From: a virus
Taxonomy: Duplodnaviria > Caudoviricetes
Reading direction: 5' to 3' (one strand)
DNA length: 64,000 nucleotides
Virus record (IMG/VR): IMGVR_UViG_3300044557_000107
Coordinates: 75,821-139,820 of that record
This document shows, piece after piece, positions 1 through 10,366 of this stretch (position 1 is its first letter; each line of letters opens with the position of its first letter). The notes under the pieces were generated by a model. That model ran no database searches. It was not told where the DNA came from and saw only the letters and a program-made list of their open reading frames with translations. The translations under genes and the position numbers were made by a program.

Positions 1-2
1 GC

Positions 3-125
3 TCTAATTGTGGTTATGATGATGGTAAACACACATTGGATATTCGACAGTGGACATGTCCTATGTGTGGTACCCATCATGATAGAGATATTAATGCTGC
101 TAAGAACATCTTAGCTAGTGAATAA
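3..125 (+). CDS. tnpB: 3' end of IS200/IS605-family TnpB (truncated by window edge)
   Basis: Frame from nt 3 reads [40 protein letters not shown] (Zn finger plus RuvC-III HDRDxNAA); very similar to the C-terminus of 53100..54245. Confidence 0.93.
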   Translation, partial: SNCGYDDGKHTLDIRQWTCPMCGTHHDRDINAAKNILASE

Positions 126-261
126 CCAATAAAGACAAAGACTAACATGGGCTGGGGCAGCCCTTAGTAAATAGCCATAACCTCTATTTAGTACTCTAGT
201 AGTATTAAACAAGTATGTGGTGTTCCTAGAAACCTGTGTTTTTAAACACAGTGTAGTTCAT
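126..261 (+). ncRNA. omega-RNA scaffold / IS605 right end ending TCAT
   Basis: GGGCTGGGGCAGCCC hairpin, TTAGTAAATAG, GTTCCTAGAAA, CTGTGTT-TTTA-AACACAG hairpin, TAGTTCAT; homologous to 54246-54375. Confidence 0.85.
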
Positions 262-3236
262 TTCGGACGAGCAACATCTCCCGAAAATTTACCCCACCAA
301 TAACTTGTAGTCGCATCAAATTTTGAAAGCCCTGTTGAAGTATTATCAGCAATACACATGTTATTACCGATATATATTCCTACATGCCCCCGGGTTCCAC
401 TAGTATTCCAGAATACCAAGTCACCTTCTTTAAGATTTTTCCAGACATCACTTTTATCGCTTCCACTAACATGAGACAACACGGAGCTACTCCACATACT
501 GTTTGTAGTTCCAATAGTAGAACCTGTTAGTGGATCACCAATGTCTTTATATAACCAACACATTGTGGACGAGCAATCTGCACTGGCGCCCGTTGTTGAG
601 AATATGTCTTGGCTACCCCTACCGGCTCCTATAACATACCTAATAGACCCTTGACCATTCTTATTATAATAGCTTGTGATTTTGCTTACAGCCGCTTGCG
701 CCGCTGCTGTACCAGACTTAGTAGACCCATCAGATGAACTTGAATCGCTAGAGGAGCTACTAGACTCATCAACAGACCATGCCATATTACTAAAGGTAGC
801 TTCACCCATTAGTCCTCCTTGGAAGTCTGATGATTGCCCCCATAGGTTATTAAACCGATATTGGCCACTTTGGGGAAGACCTCTAGTAACACCAAGGGTA
901 GTTTCCCAACCGGACTGAAATGAGAAGCTATGAGAGACGGATTCAATATAAAATTCAAAGGTATCATTATAGTTATTTAGATATACAGTAACACGGTCCC
1001 CAACTCGGTAATCTGGATGACCTACGACAACAATATCTCCGCTATAAAAATTAGGGTTATCGGCATACCAATTGAATAATCTTTGTGTAAACTTTTTAAG
1101 GGAACTAGCAGAGCTATCTATTGTAGATGCATTAGTTGTTTTTGTAGTAGAACCTTTTACAATACTTTCTAGGTCCTTTTTAGATAGCTTATTACCTCCG
1201 TTATGATACTGATCCCATATAGCTAGTAATTCATTATCATCTACATTTTTTAGGGTGGACTTAGCTAATTTCATATAGTCTACAATGTCGCCTTTAGAAT
1301 CACTAATAACCTTTTTTACATTAGACACATTTAAGGCTTTAGTTCCGGTATTAGCATATCCCCCACCTTGTGAAATGTGCATATCGTCATTCCACTTAGT
1401 AGTAGGAAGTTGAAAGTCATTGTTGATATAATCATTAATTAAATTTACAGCCTCTTGTGCTGAAATATTATTAGCACTATTTGTAAGGTTTTGAGCATAC
1501 GTAGCTTTATTAATTCGTAATAAATTACGGTCAATAGCATTTAAGAAGGCTACAGTTGAATCATACGTGTAGGTAGTACCATGTTCAGCACTATCCGTGT
1601 CACCTTTACTATAATCAGAATTACTACCGGATTCTGCATCACCCATGCTGAGATACTGATTAGTTTTTTCAAGGTAGCTGTACCCATACTGATCAACTAA
1701 AGTTTGATTATACTGGGGGTAGGACCCAATTGCTCCTGAGTTATTAGTGATACTGAACAAAGAGTAACTATCAGGATTTACGTTGAATACAGAGTAAGCC
1801 TGTGCATTTGACTGGTTAACAGTAACGTTTTTTATAGACCCAGAATCAATCTCAATAGTCTCTAAAGAATTCCAATCATCAGGATCGAAAGGGGTTCTAC
1901 GTACATTTACATGACACAGCCCCGTAGACTCAAATTCAAAATAGAGTTCATTGAAAGGTTCTACACGAATATCATCCATAAGTTCTAATAGAGATCCACT
2001 AAATGAGGTGTACTGAGTAGAGTCTGTTAGTTTTTCATCAACATCCCAACTTTGAAAATTACTGGTATCTAAAAAGTCAAAGATAGTTTTGGAGCCGTTA
2101 TCATAACTATAGTTTATATAGGGCTTGAAACGTTCTATAATTTCATTTTCAATGGTAGCTACATCATTACCCATAAATGCAACGCCAGTACTATTCTCTT
2201 TTTCGGAGTCGATAGAACTAGAAGAAGCATCTACATTTCCTGATGTAGACCCACTGCTATCGCTACTACCAGAAGATGAACTACTATCATCACCGGAAGA
2301 ATCTCCGCCATTATACTCAGCGTAACCAGTTTCTAGGTTTTTTGTGTAATGAGCTAAGTTATCTCCAAAGTAGTTATGTGCTTTAAGAATTTGGGCAAAT
2401 TGAGGAATACTAGTAGCATTTTGAACACCATCATTATAGAGAGTTGTGGCATAATCACTAGCATAAGCACTCCATGAAGAATATTTATAGCTAGGTCCTA
2501 CATGCATACCTGTTAGATTTTTAGAAGAGTATGCGGGGGCTCCTGGTTGGTCTTTTCCTCCGGATTCTGCCATGATTTGAGCAAATACATATCCCGACTT
2601 AAGCCCAATAGCTTTAGTGACGGCTTTATCAATAGCACGTGCAATAGGCTTACCGGGTCCTGCGTTAGTATCTACATTGACCGTTATTTTTTTACCCGAG
2701 GTTGACGAAGATGTATTTGTAGAACTATCATCGCTATCACCAGATGAGCTAGATTCTGCTTCATAATCCGCATTTGTATCCCATAGCCATCCCATATTTG
2801 AAAGGTTAACTTGGGCTTCTTCAATAAGTCCTAATTTATACTGAGAGAATACTTTAGATAAGCTTTGACCCGTGATTTGATAATATAAATTGTTATTTTC
2901 AAATTCGCCAATAATGTCTATTTCAGAAACCATGCCCACGAAAATAACATTATTATTAACAGTACCAATATTAGCACTTCCAACACCCATATTTGGATCT
3001 GCTCGAATAATAATGATATCGTTTTCATTAACAACATAATCCCACCGGTAGTCTCCAGCAAGCATAACAGAAAATGCAGGGGAATCCAACGACATATCAT
3101 TTGAAGTACTCAATCCAAGCAATCCTTTAGTTAAGGTGTCATTTGATAGGGTGTCGTCTGAATAACTAATCTGGTACCCATTAGACGAACTATGGATTTC
3201 TAATGAAAAGTTAGGAAACATTATGTTGTTTGCCAA
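258..3236 (-). CDS. Tail-associated lysin / baseplate hub with internal lysozyme-like domain and C-terminal NlpC/P60
   Basis: Directly after tape measure; AQIMAESGG lysozyme-like motif between Ser-rich linkers; C-terminal DCSS...GHVGIYIG NlpC/P60 motif. Confidence 0.85.
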   Translation of the reverse strand: MANNIMFPNFSLEIHSSSNGYQISYSDDTLSNDTLTKGLLGLSTSNDMSLDSPAFSVMLAGDYRWDYVVNENDIIIIRADPNMGVGSANIGTVNNNVIFVGMVSEIDIIGEFENNNLYYQITGQSLSKVFSQYKLGLIEEAQVNLSNMGWLWDTNADYEAESSSSGDSDDSSTNTSSSTSGKKITVNVDTNAGPGKPIARAIDKAVTKAIGLKSGYVFAQIMAESGGKDQPGAPAYSSKNLTGMHVGPSYKYSSWSAYASDYATTLYNDGVQNATSIPQFAQILKAHNYFGDNLAHYTKNLETGYAEYNGGDSSGDDSSSSSGSSDSSGSTSGNVDASSSSIDSEKENSTGVAFMGNDVATIENEIIERFKPYINYSYDNGSKTIFDFLDTSNFQSWDVDEKLTDSTQYTSFSGSLLELMDDIRVEPFNELYFEFESTGLCHVNVRRTPFDPDDWNSLETIEIDSGSIKNVTVNQSNAQAYSVFNVNPDSYSLFSITNNSGAIGSYPQYNQTLVDQYGYSYLEKTNQYLSMGDAESGSNSDYSKGDTDSAEHGTTYTYDSTVAFLNAIDRNLLRINKATYAQNLTNSANNISAQEAVNLINDYINNDFQLPTTKWNDDMHISQGGGYANTGTKALNVSNVKKVISDSKGDIVDYMKLAKSTLKNVDDNELLAIWDQYHNGGNKLSKKDLESIVKGSTTKTTNASTIDSSASSLKKFTQRLFNWYADNPNFYSGDIVVVGHPDYRVGDRVTVYLNNYNDTFEFYIESVSHSFSFQSGWETTLGVTRGLPQSGQYRFNNLWGQSSDFQGGLMGEATFSNMAWSVDESSSSSSDSSSSDGSTKSGTAAAQAAVSKITSYYNKNGQGSIRYVIGAGRGSQDIFSTTGASADCSSTMCWLYKDIGDPLTGSTIGTTNSMWSSSVLSHVSGSDKSDVWKNLKEGDLVFWNTSGTRGHVGIYIGNNMCIADNTSTGLSKFDATTSYWWGKFSGDVARPK

Positions 3237-3251
3237 ATTACACCCTTCTTT

Positions 3252-6200
3252 CTATGACTGTTGTGACCAGTTTACTGTATGATCACTTAAGCTACTTTTT
3301 AATTTGGTAGCAATCTTATTTCCGATAGTTGTTCCTGTTGCATTAGCATCATCAATATTACCATTAACATTGACTGTAATTGGAATATTTATCCCACCAG
3401 AGTTTCCTCCCGAGGTAACCCCTGTTTTCTGAGCGGCATAGGCGGCTAGCGCTTTAGAACGTCCACTAGAAGCGGCACTTCCACCAGTAGGAACCACAGT
3501 TTCTTCGGAGTTCTCTGATATCCATGAAAGCGTAGGCTTTTCAATAACATTACCCGTGGCATTAGCCGTGGGTGCTTTGGATCCTGTATTAATAGTCGTA
3601 TTTGCGCTATAGGATGATCCCGATTTGCTTGTGGTAGTCTTTGTTGTGGAAGACGAAGAACTAGAACTAGAACTTTGAGTAATTGCACTAGCATTACTTG
3701 CTTTACCAAAGAAACCGTTTTGGGCTCTAGCTTGTTCTAGCAGTTGGGCTGTTTGATCAAGGTTACGTTTTTCTTTATCTGTGGCCTTGACTTTCTTATT
3801 GTCGTTAATGGTACTTGCCCTACTAATTTCTTTTTTAAGACGACTTCCTGCTTTAGTAACACCATCAAAAGCTTTGGTACCACCAAAGTACCCGGCGATA
3901 CCTCCAATAAGCCCTCCAGCGGCTTCTCCAATCCCGGTCTCACCAAGTACAGGAATAGCCGCACCAATTCCAGCTCCTACTTCACCACCGGCAACTGCAC
4001 CACCCCAACCAGATGCATCACGAGCACCCGTCTTAACAGCTTTTCTTCTGGCCGTTCTTTTCGCGTTTGCTTGTGCTCTTTTTCTACTTTGGCCTTTATT
4101 CTCATTAGCAATTTCAGCAGATTCTTTTGTCGAAGTATAGGTTCCGTAGATATCCATAGCTGTGGTAGCTCCTGCAAGAAGCGCATTCCCTTTACCGCCT
4201 AAAAGTTTAGTCCCTTTTTCAAGAACGCTACCTGTCTTAGTCAGCACACTACCCGTTCGACCAGTCCGAAGCCAGCCACCTGCTTTGGTCCCATATTTTC
4301 CAATGGTTCTACTTAGTCTGGAATTAGTAACTCTTGAGGTAGCTCTATAAGCACGATCTCGGATTCCGCCAGACTTTCCTCCGCCACCACCTACAACAGT
4401 TGTTTTAGACGAAGTACCTTCGCCGGTTCCTCCAGTTTTATTACTAGTATTTTCTCTGGTTTTAGACGTTGTTTCCTTAGTCGCCGTAGTCTCATTATAA
4501 GAACTACTAGTCCCTGTTTTAATAGATTCTGCAATTTTAGCCTCAAGAATTGCTTTAACAATCTGTGCAGTTCCCAGTCCGGTTGCAGTTACGATAGAAG
4601 CTAATCCTGAAGGTAACTTGTTAACCGCAATACTAATACTATTAACATATTTACCAATGGTATTCTGCTCATTACTAATAGATTTCTCATATTGAGCAGT
4701 ACTTTGAAAGTTTGATGAATCTGTAGAGCTATTATAAGACTTAGAGTTTTGATTCTTCCTATTACTACCCGTTATATTGTTTTCTTTTTCCCATTTTTTA
4801 ATATCAGAAGACGTTAGGTCTCCCTTTTCAGTCATTTCTGCTAGGGACTTCGCGGCTTTAGGATCGGATACGAGTCCTAGTTTCTGGTAAGCAAGGGCGG
4901 CTGTAGATACATTTCCTCTGGAGTAATTTTTAACTATTCCAGATATATCTTGAATATTATTAGGGTTTGTAATACCTTCAGAAGCTTGGATCTCTGCTCT
5001 TAAGTATCCACTTTGTCCTTGAAACTTGGTAGGATTTGATTGAATTAAGGATCTTAAAAGAGTACTGTTACCCCCAGTACCCGCGGACTTGAAGGCACTA
5101 TTCATCTGATTAAGATTGTTTCCACCAGCAGTTCCTTTCCAAGAACTACCCCCGTTTTTAGCAAGGTATGTCTGAGTAGCAGATGCTGTTTTAATACCCG
5201 AGGTAGTTACCTTTTGAGTATCCGTTTGATTCTTAACAATTTGGGATAGGTACTTAACCTGTTCTTGTAAAAGCCCTTGCGTATTCGAGTTTTTAGCGCC
5301 CCCAATAGCTTGATTAACAATTGAGTTAACTTGACGGGAGTTAGTAGCCGCACCCCCAGAGATGGCTGTGTTCATAAGCTCATTATAGTTAGATATACCA
5401 AACCCAGAACTTCTAGCATTTTGCATAATAGTCTTTAAATAGGAACTTGATACATTAGGGTTAGAACCATAGTTAGCACCTTGGGCCAATTGCATATAGG
5501 CTAATGAATCGCTCATACCAAACCCGGTTGATCTTTGAGCACCAACATTAATGGCGCGATTACGTGCCGACTGTGCGCTTATTCCCGAGTTGTCTCCGAC
5601 TTGGAACGCTAAATCCGCGGTACGCATATTTAAGTTCTTTCCTTGAGAATACCGTCGAGTAAAGTTACCCGTAGTAGCCCCTAAAACGTTAGACGTAAAC
5701 GATACTGCACGAGATTGGAGAATATCTTGAAAAGACCCTCGTTTAGGGTCTACTGTAGGGTTCGCAGAGTTAACTGAAGCACTGGACTTTGATAAGTTTC
5801 CAGCGGCTTCATTAGTTGCTTGTGAAAGGCTATTCAATGACTTAATCAGCTTTGTTTCAGCATCTTCCTGAAGCTTTAATTTTGCAAGCTGGTTGTTATA
5901 TTCGCTTCCAGAAATATTTCCACTTGCAAAGTCTTGAGTAGCAATACTTCGTTGTTGCTGATACATATTTATATTTTCTTGAGAAGACTGCCGTTGTTGC
6001 TTGATCCAGTCTTGCTGTTGCTGAATCATTTTTGATCCGTCACGGCTATCTCTTGAGAATCTTTGACTATCAATATAAGACATATGCCCAGAGTCTACAG
6101 CCCTATTTGCACGTTCTCTTTGTCTAGTGCCTAAGTTGCTTACTTGACGTTGACGCATACGAATGTTTTCATGAGCTTCTCGGTGAGATATATCATCAGT

Positions 6201-6599
6201 ACTACCCGCATAAGAACGTTTAGCAGAGTTCCAAGCGCCTCTAGAAATTCCAGATTGGCTCTCACTAACTAATTCTTTAAACATTGCTCGGGTAGAATCT
6301 AACTGCTTTTCTAACTGCTGTGCTTGTTGTTGCAAATTAGTAAGTTCTCGGCTGTTACCCGCAGTACTAGCTTGCTGTTGTAGTTTATTTAAGCTACCCT
6401 GAGCAGTACCTGATAAGGTGTTAACTAGTTTCATTTGGGCTACTAAGTTCTGAAATCCAGTACTACTGGTATAGCCACCAGACTTAAGCATAGTTTCGCC
6501 GCGTTCAGCAATACTATCCTGCAATTGACTAATTTGCTCTAATGCTTTTTGTGCTTGGCTTGCATCAGAAGTAACTTCAAAGTTATATTTATTTGCCAC
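3252..6599 (-). CDS. Tape measure protein
   Basis: 1115 aa, coiled-coil N-terminus, Gly/Ala-rich segment, C-terminal ATG..PT..SE..EE.VVP motif; follows tail chaperones. Confidence 0.85.
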   Translation of the reverse strand: MANKYNFEVTSDASQAQKALEQISQLQDSIAERGETMLKSGGYTSSTGFQNLVAQMKLVNTLSGTAQGSLNKLQQQASTAGNSRELTNLQQQAQQLEKQLDSTRAMFKELVSESQSGISRGAWNSAKRSYAGSTDDISHREAHENIRMRQRQVSNLGTRQRERANRAVDSGHMSYIDSQRFSRDSRDGSKMIQQQQDWIKQQRQSSQENINMYQQQRSIATQDFASGNISGSEYNNQLAKLKLQEDAETKLIKSLNSLSQATNEAAGNLSKSSASVNSANPTVDPKRGSFQDILQSRAVSFTSNVLGATTGNFTRRYSQGKNLNMRTADLAFQVGDNSGISAQSARNRAINVGAQRSTGFGMSDSLAYMQLAQGANYGSNPNVSSSYLKTIMQNARSSGFGISNYNELMNTAISGGAATNSRQVNSIVNQAIGGAKNSNTQGLLQEQVKYLSQIVKNQTDTQKVTTSGIKTASATQTYLAKNGGSSWKGTAGGNNLNQMNSAFKSAGTGGNSTLLRSLIQSNPTKFQGQSGYLRAEIQASEGITNPNNIQDISGIVKNYSRGNVSTAALAYQKLGLVSDPKAAKSLAEMTEKGDLTSSDIKKWEKENNITGSNRKNQNSKSYNSSTDSSNFQSTAQYEKSISNEQNTIGKYVNSISIAVNKLPSGLASIVTATGLGTAQIVKAILEAKIAESIKTGTSSSYNETTATKETTSKTRENTSNKTGGTGEGTSSKTTVVGGGGGKSGGIRDRAYRATSRVTNSRLSRTIGKYGTKAGGWLRTGRTGSVLTKTGSVLEKGTKLLGGKGNALLAGATTAMDIYGTYTSTKESAEIANENKGQSRKRAQANAKRTARRKAVKTGARDASGWGGAVAGGEVGAGIGAAIPVLGETGIGEAAGGLIGGIAGYFGGTKAFDGVTKAGSRLKKEISRASTINDNKKVKATDKEKRNLDQTAQLLEQARAQNGFFGKASNASAITQSSSSSSSSSTTKTTTSKSGSSYSANTTINTGSKAPTANATGNVIEKPTLSWISENSEETVVPTGGSAASSGRSKALAAYAAQKTGVTSGGNSGGINIPITVNVNGNIDDANATGTTIGNKIATKLKSSLSDHTVNWSQQS

Positions 6600-6604
6600 G
6601 AGTA

Positions 6605-7264
6605 CTATTCCACCTTCTTAGTAATTGTATTAGCCCGGCTCTTACCAATAGATTCTAGATATTTGGACTTCTCTTGCATTTCTTTCAGTTTTTGCTTAGC
6701 CTCTATATTTTTAGAGTCTAATATTTGCTTTTGATTGTACTTAGTGAAGTTTCGTTCGAAGTCTCCCCCAGCTTTTTCCATGAAGTCCTTCTGTTCTTTA
6801 CGACTAAGTTCTTCTAGCTGAGCTTCAATTTTAGACTTAGACATCCCCTCCGGAATTAGTTCAAAGTCTCCATCTTTGTCTTTCCATGAAGTATCGTCAT
6901 CTCTAAAGCTATTCTGTTCTCCTTTAAGAACTCGACTTCCTTTATTGTCATAACCATATATTTTACGCTTAGAATTTCCAGAAGAATTATCATTAGAATC
7001 CTCTAAAGAATCTTGTGAGTTTTCTAATGCTTGAGATTCTTCAAGTTGCATTTCTTGGTAAGCCATAAGATACCAAGTAACCTGATCTTCTGATAAATTA
7101 TTAATTAAAGGATCTCCAGGAAGTGTATGGGACAAGTACATGACTCTAAAGTAATTTTTAGATAGATTAGTCTTAACTAGTTTGCTTATCTCGGTATTAT
7201 TGTCATTTTTAGAAGTCTTATTAAAGCTGAAACTGATCCTTCCAATTAAGGAAGTCTTCTCCAA
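6605..7264 (-). CDS. Tail assembly chaperone, frameshift extension (gpT-like)
   Basis: Overlaps the upstream chaperone in the +1 frame, no convincing start of its own, precedes TMP. Confidence 0.7.
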   Translation of the reverse strand: MEKTSLIGRISFSFNKTSKNDNNTEISKLVKTNLSKNYFRVMYLSHTLPGDPLINNLSEDQVTWYLMAYQEMQLEESQALENSQDSLEDSNDNSSGNSKRKIYGYDNKGSRVLKGEQNSFRDDDTSWKDKDGDFELIPEGMSKSKIEAQLEELSRKEQKDFMEKAGGDFERNFTKYNQKQILDSKNIEAKQKLKEMQEKSKYLESIGKSRANTITKKVE

Positions 7265-7742
7265 TCACATACAGAATATCTGTATTATAAATATTTTCAG
7301 GATCTTGTAGGATTGCTGGAAGATTTCTACCGTATAGCTCAAGTAATTTCATAGTGTAATAGACAATATATTGGTAATCAGGTATGCCACCAGTTACATC
7401 GGGGAATAGAGACCAGACAAAATTCTTGATAGGGGCTTCTTCTAAGGCGTTAGGTGTTTTTATTTCAATATCGAATTCAACACCCATTTCTTTAAAGTCA
7501 AAATGATGAGTATAAATATCGTTAACACCTTTAAGAATAATACGTAATTTATTAGCGTCATCAATAGTATTCTGTGGATTTACCGTAGTAGTTGTGGTTG
7601 TAACAGTATGTTCTTTTTTAGTTTCTACTTCTTTAGCTTCTTCCAACTTCTTTTGTGAGCTCTCTGGGGCGTCCTTAACTGCTTTTTGTTGGAGTAATTG
7701 ATGCTGTTCTTCTATTTTTGCTTGAATTTCCTTACTAGCCAT
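7221..7742 (-). CDS. Tail assembly chaperone (gpG-like)
   Basis: Lies between tail tube and TMP; ends in CTT TAA shifty stop. Confidence 0.72.
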   Translation of the reverse strand: MASKEIQAKIEEQHQLLQQKAVKDAPESSQKKLEEAKEVETKKEHTVTTTTTTVNPQNTIDDANKLRIILKGVNDIYTHHFDFKEMGVEFDIEIKTPNALEEAPIKNFVWSLFPDVTGGIPDYQYIVYYTMKLLELYGRNLPAILQDPENIYNTDILYVIGEDFLNWKDQFQL

Positions 7743-7796
7743 GTAATTTTCTCACTTTCTTTGTTAGTTTCTAGTTATAATCTAGTTGTTTGAACT

Positions 7797-7826
7797 AAAA
7801 AAGAATCCCTTATTAGGATTCTTTTT
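7797..7826. terminator. Intrinsic (bidirectional-type) terminator after tail tube
   Basis: AAAAAAGAATCC-cttatta-GGATTCTTTTT. Confidence 0.75.
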
Positions 7827-7844
7827 ACTAGGGTTCTTAATTAT

Positions 7845-8270
7845 TTAGCTTCCCGCATTTGCATTAAGGAAGGTAAATTCAATTTCTTCTGTAACTAATT
7901 CATTAGCTCGAATAGTTAGACGGTAGCTATTAGCAGTACAGCTACGGTAAGCGGCGACAACGTTACCAGTACCTTTATCAGTAATGATAACGTCAATGAC
8001 ACCCTTAGTAAGAATCTCATCTGCGCCAATTGCCGCGATACCTAATTCAATTAGATCACTACTCCGGAGACGCATATCTTCCAAAGTTACAGTACCTTGG
8101 TACTTTAAGTAATCTGATTCAACCGGAGCAGTACTACCAATTTGGTATACGTTTGTCGTTCCAAACTCTACTGTTGAACTTGCATCTTGTGCACGACCAA
8201 TGATATTACCAGCAATAGAGATGCTGACAAGATCCGCAGAGAATGTAGTTTGACTAGTTTTATCAGCCAT
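7845..8270 (-). CDS. Tail tube protein
   Basis: 141 aa directly after sheath; IIGRAQ..S...FGT..VYQIGS..P.E motif of SPO1/Twort-like tubes. Confidence 0.85.
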   Translation of the reverse strand: MADKTSQTTFSADLVSISIAGNIIGRAQDASSTVEFGTTNVYQIGSTAPVESDYLKYQGTVTLEDMRLRSSDLIELGIAAIGADEILTKGVIDVIITDKGTGNVVAAYRSCTANSYRLTIRANELVTEEIEFTFLNANAGS

Positions 8271-8288
8271 TTAAATATTCACTCTCCT

Positions 8289-10124
8289 TTAAGATGTTGA
8301 CGTCGAAGTTGACAGGGTTGACTGGTCATATACAAGTCCTAAGCTAACATGCTTAATATTACGACTAATATCAACAACCATGTCTATTTGCCATTTACTT
8401 CCGTCTTGATTGATTGTCGTTACAGTAACGTTTGAAGCGTCATAAGCATAGATAAGTCCATCAGTGATAGCACCATCTAAGAAGCTTAACATTTTGGTTT
8501 TGATTGTTGATGGGCTGTTAGCCGCAACCTTTTGACCAATTAAGTTATTATCAATATAATTATTTGCGGCGGTAACAATCATATCAGAAGCTTCACCTAC
8601 ACCCATTTCAGTATCAACAGGACTAGTAGATCCATTGCTTGCATAAGTTGATACATCATCGGTAATACGGAAGCTCGATGTAGATGACGAGTTACGAACA
8701 TGTTGTATTGCGATAACGCCAGCGCCATCAAGAGAGTTGAGGTCGTCAATATCAAAGGTTACATCGCAACCCACAATATTTAGGTACTTATACGTTACTG
8801 AATCACCTTTTGGCAACCCTGAAGCGATACCCGCAACCATGGCCGCGGCCATATAGGCTGGGTAGGACGCGGTAGTTCCTGTAGTAGCATTCGTAATTTG
8901 AACACTGTTAGCAACTAGGTATCCACGGTCAGAGTCTAGTTGAGCGGCCCGAGAAATAGCTTCTTTCTTGGACTCGCTAATGCCGCCACCAACGATAACA
9001 CGCATAGGGTTTGCTAAATTAGCCTGTGCTTGTACATAAGCATTTGCTTCGGATTGAATAGACTGATCCGCAGTAAGTGGAACAATGTAGAAAGCGCCAT
9101 CTTCATTACTAAACAAGTTAAAGTAATTTGCCCAGCTAGAAGGACTAATCCCCGTACTACCACCCGTTAAGTTGGTTGCACTAAAGTTAGTTACAGGTAC
9201 TTCCGCAGTTTCCGCAGTGGCTGTGATAGTTGCAACACCATTTGACACATTTACGGATACATTTGTAGGTTCTGATACGACTCCTCCAAAAGGATCATAG
9301 GATACACTAACAGTGTTGTCGTATTCTACAGCGTTCAAAATATCCCCAGCAAGAGCTGTAAAGGTGGTTTCGGAAGTTTTTAAAGGAACTTCGTCTGTAG
9401 AATCTAAATAGTAACTATAAATGTTATGGTTACCCACACTAAAGAAATCAGCAGTAAATCCACTGATGTTATTAATGGTATTAATCAAATCGCCTAGTTT
9501 AGGCTGGGCGGAAGATGATCCAAGATCAATAGTAGATACTACAGTAGCAGTGCTTTGGGAAGCCCCAGCTTTAAGTGTTAAAGTATCGGCGTACCCAGTA
9601 TCATCATGATGAACTTGCGCAGAAGCATAGTTAAAAGTACCACTATAAGATAGTACAAGTACATTTCCTAGATTATCGTAGGTAGTATTAACATTGTCTG
9701 TATTGAAGCGAATATTTAATCGTTTGGTATTTGTAATTAAGTTATCAGTTAAGCTAACTTGAATTTCATTTGCCAAGCTACTATAAAGATCTGAGGTAAA
9801 CGTCAAAGGTCCTTCGACAAGAGAGGCTTGAGTTGCTGGTTGTGCACGAGTTGCAAGGATATCTCCAGCATAATAAGTTCCATCTGGAGTTGGATTCCAA
9901 GCTAACTGAATTGCATCAAGCAAATCGCCACTCCGCAGTACGTCTTTTGCGTTACTGTAGTTAGTAAACTTATAAACTACTCCGGGTTCTCCACCTTCGG
10001 AAGTACCTACAAGCATTAATTTCTTGTCGCTTGAACTTGACGTTCCTGTAATGGCGCTGTCATTTACAGTAGTTTGTACGCCCGGGATAGTGTTAGCATA
10101 TTTCGGGTACTTAGTAATTGCCAT
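8289..10124 (-). CDS. Contractile tail sheath protein
   Basis: 611 aa; GG(E)PG.VY....AK.VLRSGDLLDAI.LAWNP motif; AAMVAGIASG...S.TYK. Confidence 0.92.
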   Translation of the reverse strand: MAITKYPKYANTIPGVQTTVNDSAITGTSSSSDKKLMLVGTSEGGEPGVVYKFTNYSNAKDVLRSGDLLDAIQLAWNPTPDGTYYAGDILATRAQPATQASLVEGPLTFTSDLYSSLANEIQVSLTDNLITNTKRLNIRFNTDNVNTTYDNLGNVLVLSYSGTFNYASAQVHHDDTGYADTLTLKAGASQSTATVVSTIDLGSSSAQPKLGDLINTINNISGFTADFFSVGNHNIYSYYLDSTDEVPLKTSETTFTALAGDILNAVEYDNTVSVSYDPFGGVVSEPTNVSVNVSNGVATITATAETAEVPVTNFSATNLTGGSTGISPSSWANYFNLFSNEDGAFYIVPLTADQSIQSEANAYVQAQANLANPMRVIVGGGISESKKEAISRAAQLDSDRGYLVANSVQITNATTGTTASYPAYMAAAMVAGIASGLPKGDSVTYKYLNIVGCDVTFDIDDLNSLDGAGVIAIQHVRNSSSTSSFRITDDVSTYASNGSTSPVDTEMGVGEASDMIVTAANNYIDNNLIGQKVAANSPSTIKTKMLSFLDGAITDGLIYAYDASNVTVTTINQDGSKWQIDMVVDISRNIKHVSLGLVYDQSTLSTSTSTS

Positions 10125-10127
10125 ACA

Positions 10128-10355
10128 TTAGGACTCCTTGTTCAAAAATTTATTTAGGTAAGGAATAAAATCAACGTCTTTAGGAAGAACAGAATTACCT
10201 TGCATAAACGTTTTAAATCCGGCTACTTGCATATAGTTCATGTGGTACATAGGAATTGCTGTCTGTAAGAAAGCATCTATGTCTACCCACGGGGTATCCG
10301 TAATTTTATTCACTTTATTATTCTTTCTATTAGTCATTATTTTCCTGCCTTTCAA
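10128..10355 (-). CDS. Conserved small protein upstream of sheath
   Basis: ORF in the conserved Herelleviridae-type position; late-promoter motif just upstream. Confidence 0.6.
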   Translation of the reverse strand: MKGRKIMTNRKNNKVNKITDTPWVDIDAFLQTAIPMYHMNYMQVAGFKTFMQGNSVLPKDVDFIPYLNKFLNKES

Positions 10356-10366
10356 AAATAATATAG

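Noticed and set aside
3446-4350. Several overlapping alternative-frame and antisense ORFs in the tape measure gene (similar shadows at 676, 2125, 16380, 18254)
   Set aside because: Shadow ORFs of low-complexity Gly/Ala/Ser coding; no RBS or motifs.
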